In this document: in pieces, positions 50,001 through 63,746 of the stretch | How the letters are laid out: every line of letters begins with the position of its first letter | Position numbering within the stretch: position 1 is the first letter of the stretch | NCBI GenBank assembly: GCA_029717555.1 | Contig: JAMDHS010000082.1 | Location: 1-64,000 of the forward strand | Origin: Peribolospora baueri | Lineage: Eukaryota | Direction of reading: 5' to 3' | DNA: 64,000 nucleotides | Made by a program: the position numbers and the translations under genes | The notes under the pieces: generated by a model | Told to the model about the DNA's origin: nothing | The model's input: only the letters and a program-made list of their open reading frames with translations | Database searches by the model: none

Positions 50001-51456
50001 CCTCGATGACGAAGTGGTGCAGCGCTCGTCGAGATCGTTGGAGCACCTCGGGCCAGGTCGGAGCGGTGAGGATGAGTTTCGCGAGGAGGGAGTCGTACCG
50101 GCTCGTCACTTCGTATCCTGAGTATGCGACGGTATCGACGCGGACGCCTGGGCCCGTGGGTGGGACGAAGCAGCGAAGGATTCCTGAGGAGGGGTAGACG
50201 GTCAGGCGAGTGCTAGTGCCAGCGTCGGGAGCAATGTAGGTCTCTGCGTTGATGCGGAGTTGAAGAGCGTACCGGGTTGGCTGAGATCTGTCCTCCAGGG
50301 CGAGAGCGGAGAGGGGTACACCGAGGGCGAGACGGAGCTGAAGTTTTACGATGTCCATACCGTAAGCTTCTTCTGTTACCGTGTGCTCTACTTGAAGACG
50401 CGGGTTGGCCTCCATGAAAAAGAACTGGCCGTCATCTTGGACAAGAAACTCGAATGTACCGAGGCTGCGATACCTCCCTGCGCGAGCCATTCGAAGCGCT
50501 GAAGAGACGAGTAACGTCCTCAAGGCAGCGTTTATGGAGGGAGAAGGTGCGACCTGCAGAAGAAAAGCGGGGTTAGTTGAACGTTTACAGCTGGGTTGGA
50601 CGGTAGGCAAGCGTGAGAAACGCACTTCTACTATCTTCTGATTTCTCCTCTGTAGAGTGCATTCTCTTTCGCCCAAGTCCCTGACCTCTCCCCTGCCGTC
50701 GCCAAGAACTTGCACTTCTACGTGACGAGCCCGCTTTACCAGCTGCTCGACGTAGACTCTGTCGTCGCCGAACGCCTTGTGGACTTCTCCGCGGCACCTC
50801 CGGTACGCCTCTTCGAGGTCATTCCTCGCGAGCACGGAACGCATACCTCTCCCGCCGCCTCCACTGATGGCCTTGATCATCATTCCCGACCCGGGAGGCA
50901 ACGAGTCGAAGAACGCCAGCGCGTCCTCCAAACTCGTGTCTCCTTCGGTCCCACGCATGACGGGGACAGAGCAACGTCGCGCAAGCTCTTTCGCTCTCGT
51001 CTTATCCCCATACATCTCTAGCTGCTCGGGCGTAGGGCCAACCCAGACCATACCAGCCTCCTCGACAGTGCGTGCAAAAGCCGGGCTCTCGCTGAGAAAG
51101 CCGTAACCGGGATGTAGAATCGTCGCTCCGGCCTGCTTGGCCGCTGCAATGATGGCCCGTCCGTCGAGGTACGCTGGCGCTCCGGCGCCCGGGATGAGGA
51201 GGCTGGAGTCGGAGGAAAGGATGTGGAGGGAGCGCACGTCGTCTCCGGTATGTATGGACAAGGTCCTCAAAGGCGGATCGAGCTGCGAGGCGGCCAGAGC
51301 GATGCGCGCGGCGACCTCCCCGCGGTTGGCGATGAGCAGGACATGCTTCTTGTTTCCCAGGGCGGTATCTAGGTGAGAAGAGGAAAGGAGCGGAAACGAA
51401 GCGCCGAGTCGGTCAAAGAGGGTGATGAGCCGCCTCGTCTCCATGGGGGCCAACAT
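47003..51456 (-). CDS. Single-chain multidomain acyl-CoA carboxylase (BC-BCCP-CT; LCC-type)
   Basis: BC: LLIANRGEVA, HPGYGFLSE, GGGGRGMR, ECTLQRRNQK, EANPRLQVEH; BCCP: APMAG...LEALKMEH; CT: DFTVLAGTQG, AEGGGGRPGD, GYCFAGNAALLGCCD, DTPGF/VGPEAE, GLGAMAMAGG; ends RPMIDTF*; start at 51456 or 51444. Confidence 0.9.
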
Positions 51457-52198
51457 CTCGTCGTCCGCCCTCACTTTTCAAGTGACCGGACACAGCGGCC
51501 AGGCGCTGGACGGCAGCGCTGCCTTTCTCCATGCCCATGGTAAGACCCTCTAGGAGAAGGAGCTCGTCTTATTCTATCACCGACCCGAGTCGTATGAGGC
51601 GTCGGTGTTGGTGTCTCTGAGCAAGGACGAGGGGAAATGGGAGCGACCAGTCGACGAAGACGGCATAGCATCCCCCTGCAATTCTACGTTTACTACCGGC
51701 CGACGACCGGCAACAGTCCACAGCCGAGTGGGGCGTGGTGGGCGGGGATGGGCCGCTGACTAAGCAGCCCTGCGCGAGAGCTTGCGTCTTGTCTTTCATC
51801 ATGTTCGTGATCCTCCTCATCCTTCTGGGCGGAGCGAGTGCAAGCTGGATCCCCGCCGGGTAGAGTCGCTGCGTGCAGGTTGGGTAGCGTATCAGCACAA
51901 TGTGTCATGAGCAGCGATGTAACATCACTAGGAACGAGCACGTCAGCTGGCCAAGCAATCACGCGCAAGAATCGTCGTACCTGGCTGCCGTCGTCGTGGA
52001 GCAGGCCAATGAGCCTCTCAGCCAGAGTTGTCGCCGCAGTCGATGCCGCTCACGTGTGGAGCCGTGATCGTGTCGCTGTAGCCGACGAAGTCAGTCCACG
52101 TACATGTAGTCAACGCAAAGTTGCGCAACGCACAAACGTGTCAGCGATTCCTGAACACTCTCTCGTCTGCGTCTGCGTTCAGAGGCACGTCGCGCACG

Positions 52199-54666
52199 AT
52201 GACTTTGCCTTTACTGCCCCGTCCGCGCACTGCTGGCGCAAGATGGGTCGCTGGTCTACTCGGCGGCCTCCTCGTCCCCGTCGTCGTACTCGGCTTTCCC
52301 GCGTGGGTCGTCCTCGGTGTTCTTTGTGCGAGTAGGTGCCCTCCTACGCTCTCAGGATACGCCCATGGCTCTTTCTGGAGTGGACCTCATGTTCCCTCGT
52401 AACCTTTTCTTTGTTGGCGGCAAACAGTGCCTTTTGTCGGCGTCGTCGCGATCCCCCTTCTCATCTCGCTTTCTTTCGGTAGGTGACCTAGCATCCTTCA
52501 GGAATCCTCCTCGTCCTGCTAGGCATTGACTACATTGCGCGGGGAACGCGTCTCGTTGACCTGGAAATGAGTTTTATATTTTTTCAGCTCTTCTCTATTC
52601 GACCGCTTGGCTCTCTTATCTTCTCCTCGCCCAGTCTGACCCTCCTCCCTCGAACGCAAGCGATGGCACACCTGCCAAACCGACCTTCTTCTCTCACCTC
52701 ACTGCGCCGCTTCCTTTCCTTCCGCTCTCCCCATCCCGCTGTTTCAAGGTTGACTGGGCCGCCTTCCGCTATGTTGCGACCACCTGCCAAATCATTTTCC
52801 CTGCCGGTCTAGATTGGAGCTATCGGAGGGTGATGATATTGGGAGGCAAGCAAGGCAAGGAGATCGTTAAGTGAGCAGCACGTCGTCTCCGTCCGTTCAG
52901 CCAATCCGGCGTGCTTCTCATATTTCTATTTCTTTCTCGTCCGTTAGAGAGAATCTGCCATATGGGCCTTCAGGCTGCAAAAAGTTCCTTGACGTCTATA
53001 TCCCCCGGTCGCCCTCCACAGCAGCTAACACACCTTCGACCAAACCTCCCTTTCCCGCTCCGTCACGTTCGACCCGCCGCCACTCGACGACACTGCTCTT
53101 CTCCCCTCCTTCCTCTCCCCAGCTCGGCGCGCAGGACGGACTCCCTCTGCCGCCGACAACGCTTGCCCCTATCGTTGTCATCGTCCCTTCCGCGCTCCCG
53201 CCTCTTCCGACGACTTCCCGCAAGGTGTATCTCCAGCTGGCGCTCCGATTTCGCAGAATGGGTTACGCTGTCGTCGTCCCCGACATCACCACCTGGCCCA
53301 CCGGGAGGGTGAAGGAATCCGTGGAGGATCTGCGACGGGTCCTCGAGTGGGTGGGAAGGGAGGCAGGCAAGTTCGGTGGCGACGTGGAGAAGATTCATGT
53401 CTTTGTAAGTGTGATTACGGTCTCCACACCCCTCATCGCTGCAAACCCTTCGCTGACGCAGTCCGTCCGCTTCCTGTACCCGCTCCAGGGCCACGGTCTA
53501 TCCGCCCATCTCGTGCTCCTCACCTTGCTTCAAGAAGCTGTAGTTCGGAGTCGAGACGCCCATCTCGAAGGCGCTTACCGCCTCGCGCGGGAGCGAGAGC
53601 TCACCGAGATGCGCGATGTTCTTGCCTCCTCCTCCTTTTCCGCCGCTAACAATGACACGCCTGCTGGCGTCGATGCGGAGTCTGGCGGCGTTCGCTTCCC
53701 TAGCGGAACGTCAGCCGAAGTGGACGCCGAGAAGGAAGAGACCATCAAAGCTTGGCGGGCTGCCCACGTTAAGGGCCGCGGCGCTACCGGGCCTCCTTGG
53801 CTTTCAGGAGGAGGTGACGTCGTCGAGACCGCAGAGGGCGAGATCAGCAACGGACTGAGGAAGGTGGAGATTTATGACGCGGAGGCAGAGGTGCCAAGGG
53901 TCGCCGGCGTCATTCTGTGAGTCCTGCGTTGCCGTCCTATCGCACATTGTAGTTCTACATGATGCACATATCCGTCGCTCTCTCGTTCATTTCTGATCAT
54001 GGCATAATCTCCTGTCAGGCTCGCCCCCGTCACGGACGTCATCAAGGCCTTCCGGTTCGAGACGCAACGGGGCGTCGAACACCTCTCCATTTTGAGGAGG
54101 CTCATGGGTCCTTCACATACCGCATGTCTCGTGAGTGTTTTCCTGGGAGTTCCCCTTGTGCTGACCATCGCAACCACGCGATCTTCCGCAGCCTTTCGAA
54201 ACTGATCTTCACTCCCCACCTTCGGTTGAAACCCCTTCGGCACCCGTGCGTCCCAGCTCCATTCTCCCGCCCACCTCCTTTATGCCTCAAAGAACATAAT
54301 CGACCTCACGCTTCTCCCGCCCAAGTTCCTGTTCATTCATGGTGGCAGGGACGAGGTGGTGCCTATTGAGCAGAGCAACATGATGCGCACCCTGCTGCAC
54401 GGCGTCGGCGTCGAATATGTCAAGCTTCGGGCCTACCGTGAACTGTTTCATACAGAGGCGCTCGCTTGTGCGTACTCCGTCCTCTTTTCCCGTCCAGCTC
54501 AGCTGTCCCTTCGTCCGTCCTTCCGAGTCTGCAAACTCGCATCGGCGGCGCTCACCATCGTTCCTCCCTCACCCCTTGGGCAGGCCTCTTCCTCGGTATG
54601 GGCAAGTCGCAACAGAGGTACCAGAGTAAAATCCTATCCGACATCGCCAATTTCATCTCCATATGA
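52199..54666 (+). CDS. Alpha/beta-hydrolase-fold protein (isoprenylcysteine methylesterase-like), possibly inactive
   Basis: N-terminal TM segment; ENLPYG...LDVYIP; GYAVVVPD; FGGDVEKIHVF/GHGLSAHL; FLFIHGGRDEVVP; HTEAL. Confidence 0.75.
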
Positions 54667-55088
54667 TCCCCAGCCCAACGCTTTCCCGGCTGTTTTTGCT
54701 TCCAACGGACAACTTTAAGCTTGCCATTCTACCCGCCCCAATCTTGGCCGGTTCCCTCTCGAACCTGTATTATCTTTTCTTGACACTACCGCTCTCTTTG
54801 TACCTTAGCTGTTTCCTTCTCTTTTTCTCCGGATTCCTTCGGAAAACCCTTTCCATCCTGCGACACGACTCCTATTTTGCACTACGGTGCCGTGTCTTCG
54901 CGACGGGGTGCGCGAATGAAGGGTAAACGGAAAAGAAACGAACGGAGCCTTGCTAGTAGTACAGAAGGTCGAGGTCAAGCCGGGTATCGCATCTACATGA
55001 CGGGAAGAGGTGGGGAGCTTGATAAAAAATAAGAGGGACCCCTATAATCCTCTCAACCCATGCAGACAGTGGGAAGAGGCAACGAGAT

Positions 55089-56828
<1,740 letters not shown>

Positions 56829-56945
56829 CTTGCAAATGGTGGAAACGAGTGTAAGCGTTGGCGATAGTTTTTTTGCGCGCGCTCAAGAGCAAGAACACAC
56901 TTCAAAAAGCTGCGGACGGGTGCTGCGGTAGATCAGACCCGCTTA

Positions 56946-57164
56946 CGACTTCACGCTGTCGGCTAGCGCCTGAACCCTCGGCGAAAGACAAGGGGAAGCG
57001 TCCAGTGTCTGGAAGGAAGTGCACTGTGAGTGGGAGTGCCTTCGTACACTGTGAGTGGGAGTGCCTTCGGGTGGAACAGGAGCGTGTGCACTTCCTTCCA
57101 GATACTGGACGCTTCCCCTTGTCTTTCGCCGAGGGTTCAGGCGCTAGCCGACAGCGTGAAGTCG
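56946..57164. repeat. 79-bp inverted repeat (56946-57024 / 57086-57164) with a 61-bp spacer
   Basis: Arms are reverse complements apart from one G/A difference; a 23-bp direct repeat lies in the spacer. Confidence 0.95.
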
Positions 57165-57893
57165 CACGGCGGTCGTACTCGCCCGCGCCGATCGGACCCT
57201 TTTGCCCAGCGACGCTACTCATCCAAGTAGGGAGGCTCGGTTGTTATATTAACATATCACGCTTCCTTATTTTCGTCTTTGCCTCCCTCGTCAGTTACCC
57301 AACGAACAGGTATTTTCTCATCACTCTCCACAACCCATTCGTCGGAGATTTCCGTCAGCACAAAACGGAAACGTTAAGAGACGAAAGTGGGATGAGGGCA
57401 TCCAAGAAAGCCTGGCGCAGGCAGAGGACCCCCCAGATCTCACTGAAGTCGAGACATTGTTTTGTCTTTGCAATCCTCACCCCGAGGTGGGACATGGTCT
57501 CATCCGCACTCAACAAAAGTCCTCGTCATAGTCAAAGGGCACTCCAGTCCCTGGGAGAAAGTATAAGAAGGGCTCCGTTCCCCGCCTGTTCTTCCTCCAT
57601 CTTCACTCCAATCCACTCCACTCTACTCCACAAGCTTTCAATCCCTCTACTCCATAAACATCGCTGACAAGCCTTCTCCTCTTTCATCCTGCTTTGGCAT
57701 GACCCTTACTCCATACCGCCCAACACCGGGCGCCTGCTGCCCCGACTCCCATGCCTGAGTCTCGGACAGTCAAGAGCGGATGATACTCTATCCCTGCTGC
57801 GCTACCAAGTGAGTCGGAGAGTCAGGCCTTGTGCTCTCGAGAATTGAACGAAGACTTACCAGAACGTCATCGATGTTTTCACGGCCGCCTTCG

Positions 57894-58140
57894 CGCGCAC
57901 CATTACTACCGCTTTAGCTAGGTCGCCTGACGCCTATGTCGCACCCGCGCTTCGACCGCTTCCGCTAGGTCGCCTGACGCCTATGCCGCACCCGCGCATC
58001 ACTACCGCTTCAAACCGGTCGCTCGTTCTCACACAAACGCGACCTAGGCCGCCCTCGCACACCACTACCGCTTCAGCCACATCGCCTGTTCCCACACAGA
58101 GCATCTGGGCCGCGCACGCACACCACTACCGCTTCAGCCT
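57894..58140 (+). repeat. Degenerate 45-57-bp tandem repeats (ACTACCGCTT core; CTAGGTCGCCTGACGCCTATG twice)
   Basis: Seen directly. Confidence 0.8.
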
Positions 58141-58414
58141 GCTTCCCGCCGTCGCCTCGATATCGCTCCCGCACGTGCCCAACACCCTCGCCGATATGGC
58201 GGAGGCCTTCTTCACTTTACCATCTGGCCCTGATCATCTTCATCAGCGACTTATCAAGAGGTCTTTCCCACCCTGCGGCTTGGACTCTCATACCTTGTTT
58301 CGCCGCACGACCTCGGTCGCAAACTCTACCCCAAAGTCGGGACAATACAAACCATTCAGCGGTAACGGCAGCACCAGCGGGCGGCCTGGGTGCACACAAG
58401 CGACGGTGAAGCGA

Positions 58415-59046
58415 CCATGGTCTGACCTTATGTTTCCCCCAACGGATCGCAACGGGTACCAATTGGTGCCCCTGCGCTCTGGAGGTCCCATTGGAGCTCA
58501 GCCCCCTTGTGGGGAATGGGCGCCCTTGGGCTCCGTCTGGAATGAGGACACGAAGGATGACGACCACTCCTATAGATAGACACAAGCCCTCCCTCACCCT
58601 TGCGATGGTCCGACCTAGTGTTTCCCCCAACAGGTCGCAATGGGTACCAATTGGTGCCCGAGGGATGACGACCACTGTATAGATAGACACAAGCCCTCCC
58701 CCACCCTTGCGATGATCCGACCTAGTGTTTCCCCCAACAGATCGCAACGGGCACCCTTTGGTGTCCCTGCGCTCTGGAGGTCCCATTGGAGCTCAGCCCT
58801 CTTGTGGGGAATGGGCGCCCTTGGGTTAGGTCTAGAATGGGGACACGAGGGATGACGACCACTCCTATAGATAGACACACGCCCTCCCTCACCCTTGCGA
58901 TGATCCGACCTAGTGTTTCCCCCAACAGGTCGCAGCGGGCACCCTTTGGTGTCCTTGCGCTCTGGAGGTCCCATTGGAGCTCAGCCCTCTTGTAGGGGAT
59001 GGGCGCCCTTGGGTTACGTCTGGAATGAGGACACTAGGGACGACGA
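58415..59046. repeat. 188-bp tandem array, 4 copies (one with an 81-bp internal deletion, last one truncated)
   Basis: Anchor TGTTTCCCCCAAC at 58431, 58619, 58726 and 58914 (spacing 188, 107, 188). Confidence 0.95.
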
Positions 59047-60109
59047 TCATCGTTCTTCAACCCCTTAAGTGAAGCAGACCATTCCCTTCTCCAAGTAGAA
59101 GTGACGCAGACCATTCCCTTCCCCCCTCCCCTCTTTAGTGGCGTGCGGACGGGCTGCAGGAGGGATTAAGAAAGCGACACAATCTGCCCTACCTTCAGTG
59201 TGATGCCCAACTTGTCGGCCACGCCGTTAAGGGCAAGGTTCGCATAGGAGGGAGTAAAACCATCGACACCGGTCCATGATGCCACTTGAAAGCACACGTC
59301 AAAAACGCGGCTGTTGCAGAGAGAAACCTTGACTAGAGACTCCATGTTCCGAATCAAGTCACCAAAACCTGCTTTTCCCAGGAACATATAAGCGCAAACA
59401 TGGACTTCTATCTGCACCGAAGCGCAGAAACAGGACACCAAAATTCGCTCGGAGCAGGCAGACTTCTGGGCGAGAGGCTGGCTACGAAGTGCCTCATGAC
59501 CCCGGTTATAAGACGGCCACGGCGGCAAGTATAGGTGGCTAAGAGTCTGCACGTCAAACTGCTCGTCAAGAGTGTCGAGTCGGTCGGAACTTTGAGCACA
59601 TCGATGGTTAAACAGATTTCATCAGATCAAATCGTCCACATAGGGGGGCGCGCCGTTCTCAGCACCCAGCTATTTCGGCCTGGGTACGGAGGTGCGCCAC
59701 GGCGCCAACGCTCCCGGGATGAGAAAGCGGCAACGCGTTCATCATTGCTTTGAGGCATGCGGGCAAAAGCAAGAGTTGGATTCATGAACGCTAAGGTCGC
59801 AAAGTGAAGGAATGCTAACGACAGTCGCTCACTCGACCATCTCATCGTCCGTGGGAGGTGGTGTCTGACGCGGGGGTTGCGATGGCCCGCGTTATAAGGG
59901 CTTTGGATGTCAAAGGCGTTGCTGCGGCAAGCCTGGTCCACGAAGCAACTCCCCCCGCCAGCCGGCTCCAACGTCCACGGCGATGAACACGAGTCGGACC
60001 ACGTCCTCTCTGCGCTCCTTCGTCAAGCTACATTTCACGGCTGTAGTTGCTGCCTAGCGTCTCTAACTGTGGCTTTTGAGAGCCGCCGCGCTCTGCCTCA
60101 GCGTCCAGC

Positions 60110-63100
60110 ATGAGCCGGCCTCGGTTCTTCACGCCGCCCAAGAAGGGTGAGTTGGCGATCCTTCCTGGCACTGGTGTCTGGACTCGACTTCAACGAGCGA
60201 TCGCCGCCCATCTAGTCGTCTCACTTTCTCCTCTTCCTGCCCCTGTCTATTTCACCTTGCAGGCGAAAACTACGAGCTTCGCGCAGACCTCAACTCGGAG
60301 TACCGAGACCGACGAAAGGATGCTATCAAGCGGGTCATCGCCAACATGACCGTCGGCAAGGACGTCAGCGGTCTCTTCCCGGACGTACTCAAGAACATGC
60401 AGACGGAGGATCTGGAGCAGAAGAAGTTGGTTTACCTTTACCTCATGAACTATGCCAAGACGCAGCCCGAGTTGGTCATCCTCGCCGTGAACACTTTCGT
60501 CAAGGTGAGCCTCTTTCGCAATCTACCTGACCTCTTGAGACGCCGGCCTGCATAAACCGCTGCAGTCTACGACTCGCGATGAATTTATTTACCGGGCGCT
60601 TTTATCTGACAATCTCTCTCTTAGGACACCGATGACTCAAACCCGCTCGTCCGCGCATTAGCAATCCGGACGATGGGCTGCCTCCGGGCGGAGAAGATCA
60701 TCGTCTACCTCTCCGATCCCCTCCAAAAGTGTCTTCGGGACGAGAATCCTTACGTGCGCAAGACAGCTGCGATCTGCGTTGCTAAGCTTTATGACTTGAA
60801 CCCTCAGCTAGCGCTCGAGGGCGGTTTTGTTGAGCAACTGAAGGAGTTGGTTGGGGATCCGAACCCGATGGTGCGTTGTCAGTCCAATGGTGGCGATTTA
60901 GAAGAGAGATACCGCACAGTTGACTGTCGTGCTGCTGTGCTGAACACGTTGTCGTGCTGAACATGTTTGTACCTCTGCCTTTTTTTCTGTTTGTGCCGCT
61001 CAGGTCGTCGCCAACGCGGTAACGGCTCTGACTGACATCCACGACTCCACCGTAGGGTCCACGTCCTCCGCTTCTCCCGACCCTTCTTCTCCTCAAGCGC
61101 TCTTCGTCATCGACTCCCAGACGCTCAGCAAGCTCCTTGTTGCCCTTAACGAGTGTACCGAATGGGGAAGGATAGCTATCTTAAATAGCTTGGCTAGGTA
61201 CAAGCCGACGGACGAGAAGGAGGCGGAACATATCTGCGAGAGGGTTATGCCGCAGTTCCAGCACGCCAACGGCAGCGTCGTTCTGTCTGCCATCAAGGTG
61301 CGCACTAGTAACAGTTTGTGGCAAATGCCTAGCGTGCCTGGCAGGTCGGCTTTCGCTGCCTGTGCTTACACGTTGCTCTTTCTCCTACGCCATCCATTGT
61401 AGGTGATTATGATCCACATGGAGAGGCTTCGCAGGGAGGACTTCATCAAACAGCTTGTTCGCAAGATGTCCCCACCATTGGGTGAGCTACGCAGTTGTGT
61501 CTCTTAGCACTATTTTGTGAGCACCTGATTTAATTCAATTTGCGCCTATCGTCCCATCCACGCAGTCACCCTTGTCTCCTCCGCTCCCGAAGTGCAATGG
61601 GTAGCCTTGCGGAACATCAATCTAATCCTCCAAAAACGCCCCGACATTCTCCAGAATGAGGTGAGGGTCTTTTTCTGCAAATACAACGATCCGCCGTACG
61701 TCAAGATGGAGAAGCTGGAGATCATGATCAAGTTGGCTAGGGAGGCTAACGTTGATGCCCTGTTGAGCGAGTTGAAGGAGTGAGTGCGCCAGTGTCTCGT
61801 GTGATAGGGTGGGACGTTCCCGACAATCGCTTGATTACGTGGATGGGTGCAGCTGATTGTCCGGCTGATGGGTTGCTCACGCCAACATCGCATATTACCT
61901 TCTCCATCCTTCAGGTACGCTCAGGAGGTGGACGTAGACTTTGTCCGACGGGCCATCCGGGCCATCGGACAGTGCGCTATTAAGATCGACGAAGCGGCGG
62001 AGCGATGTGTGCACGTTCTGCTCGACCTCATAGGAACGCGAGTTAGCTATGTCGTGCAGGAGGCCGTGGTGGTGATCAAGGTGAGGCAAGTTTGGTCCGC
62101 CTTGGAGCACCTTGTTCCTTCTGCGCGGACGTCAGGTACTCAACTCGTTTTGGCTCCCTCCCTCCTACCCTCCCCCCCAACCTGTTTAGGATATCTTCCG
62201 GAAGTATCCATCCGCGTACGAAGGCATCATCCCCACCCTCTGCGCTAACCTCGAGGATCTCGACGAGCCGGAGGCAAAGGCGAGCTTGATATGGATCTTG
62301 GGAGAGTACGCGGATAAGATCGACAACTCTGTCGACTTGCTCGGCGGGTTTATGGAAAACTTCGTCGATGAGAGCTATCAGGTGGGGACGATCCTGCGAG
62401 GCCTTCGCCGATTAACCGCATCCTAACCGCGTGTTTCTCCGGTGACACAGGTACAGTTCCAAACCCTAACCGCCATCGTCAAGCTGTTCCTCAAGCGACC
62501 CGACGAATCGCAAGCTTTGGTCCAACGCGTCTTGACGACGGCCACAAAGGACTGCGATAACCCGGACATTCGCGATCGAGCTTTCATTTATTGGAGGCTG
62601 CTAAGCACCGACCCAGGCGCTGCAAAGGTGAGCAGGGTTTCCGCTCCGCTATGAGAACACATTCTGTGACAGGCATCACGAATGGACTTGAACTCTCATT
62701 GGCATTCCGCCCCTTGCATGCCACCAGTCTGTCGTTCTCGCCCCTCGGCCGCCCATCTCCATCCCTCTCACGACCGTTTCAGCGGCCTTGCTTAACGAGC
62801 TCGTCTCCGAGTTGTCTTCCATCGCGAGCGCGTATCACAAGCCTGCAGAGACCTTCCTTGGCAGGGGTCGATATGGCGCCGATGCGCTGCAGCGCAAGGC
62901 GAACGAGTAAGTCCGGGTATTTCGATGCGGCCTAGCTCGTGTCTGCCCCTCTTTCGAGTGCGAGGCAAATTTGCTGATTGGACCACAATCGATGGTGTTC
63001 CTACGCTCTTTCTTTTATTTCCTCAGACGCGAGGACGAGATTACGCGAGAAAGGGCGCTCCAAACGGTCGTAGCTGGCCAGAATGCGGAGAATCTGTTGG

Positions 63101-63483
63101 ACTTTGACGACGAGCCCGCCGCCGTCTCTGGTCCGACGGGCATTGCCGCTGATCTCGATGGTTTGAGCCTTTCGGACAGCAGTGCCGGCGAAGGCCTGGG
63201 CGGAGGCATCGGTGCACTCTCTCCCACCTCTACCGGTTCAGGTGCCGCGCCGTCGTCGAAAGCTCCGCCGGCGAACCCGCTCGACGACCTACTGGGCTTG
63301 TTCGACGCTGCCCCTCCCACCGCAGGCGTTCCGCCCGGGCTGGGAGGCCTTGACGCGCTTAGCAGTCTGGGCGGACCTTCGGGAGGGCAGGAACAGGGTG
63401 GTAGCGCTCTGTCCAACGGTGCCCACGGTGCGCAGTCCAAGCCCGTCTCGGCCGAGCAGGACCTGTTGGGCGGACTCTTCTAG
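60110..63483 (+). CDS. APL2: AP-1 adaptor complex subunit beta
   Basis: [101 protein letters not shown]. Confidence 0.95.
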
Positions 63484-63746
63484 TTTCTCTCTTTCGTCGC
63501 TCGCTCTCGGTCTTGGCCATGGTGACAATATGACAACGTGTGGAATTAGACGATCAGACGCGGATAGGGAGGAGAAAGAGATCGTTAACGGCGGCGAATG
63601 TGAAGGTCGGACGACAGCGGGAGCGATGCCGACGGGAAGGGGAGAGGAGGTCGCGTCGAGGCGCGGAACATAGGCACATGGAGTGGGTCACATGCGGCGA
63701 CATCGGAACCCAGTGGCGAGGCGCGAGGGACTGAGTGGCCGATTCG

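Noticed and set aside
56858..57667. 269-aa ORF and an antisense ORF sharing the peptide TSRCRLAPEPSAKDKGKRPVSGRKCT
   Set aside because: The shared peptide is a by-product of the inverted repeat; no coding evidence
58895..58940. Hammerhead-like CTGCGA...GAAAC ACTAG GTC on the minus strand of the 188-bp unit
   Set aside because: Lacks the essential A of CUGANGA, stem I does not form correctly, and the motif is not conserved in the other copies
58415..59046. CRISPR array
   Set aside because: Whole units are repeated with no unique spacers; eukaryotic context; no cas genes
59166..59620. Minus-strand ORF ending LALNGVADKLGITLKVGQIVSLS
   Set aside because: No start or family recognised; cannot be supported without transcripts
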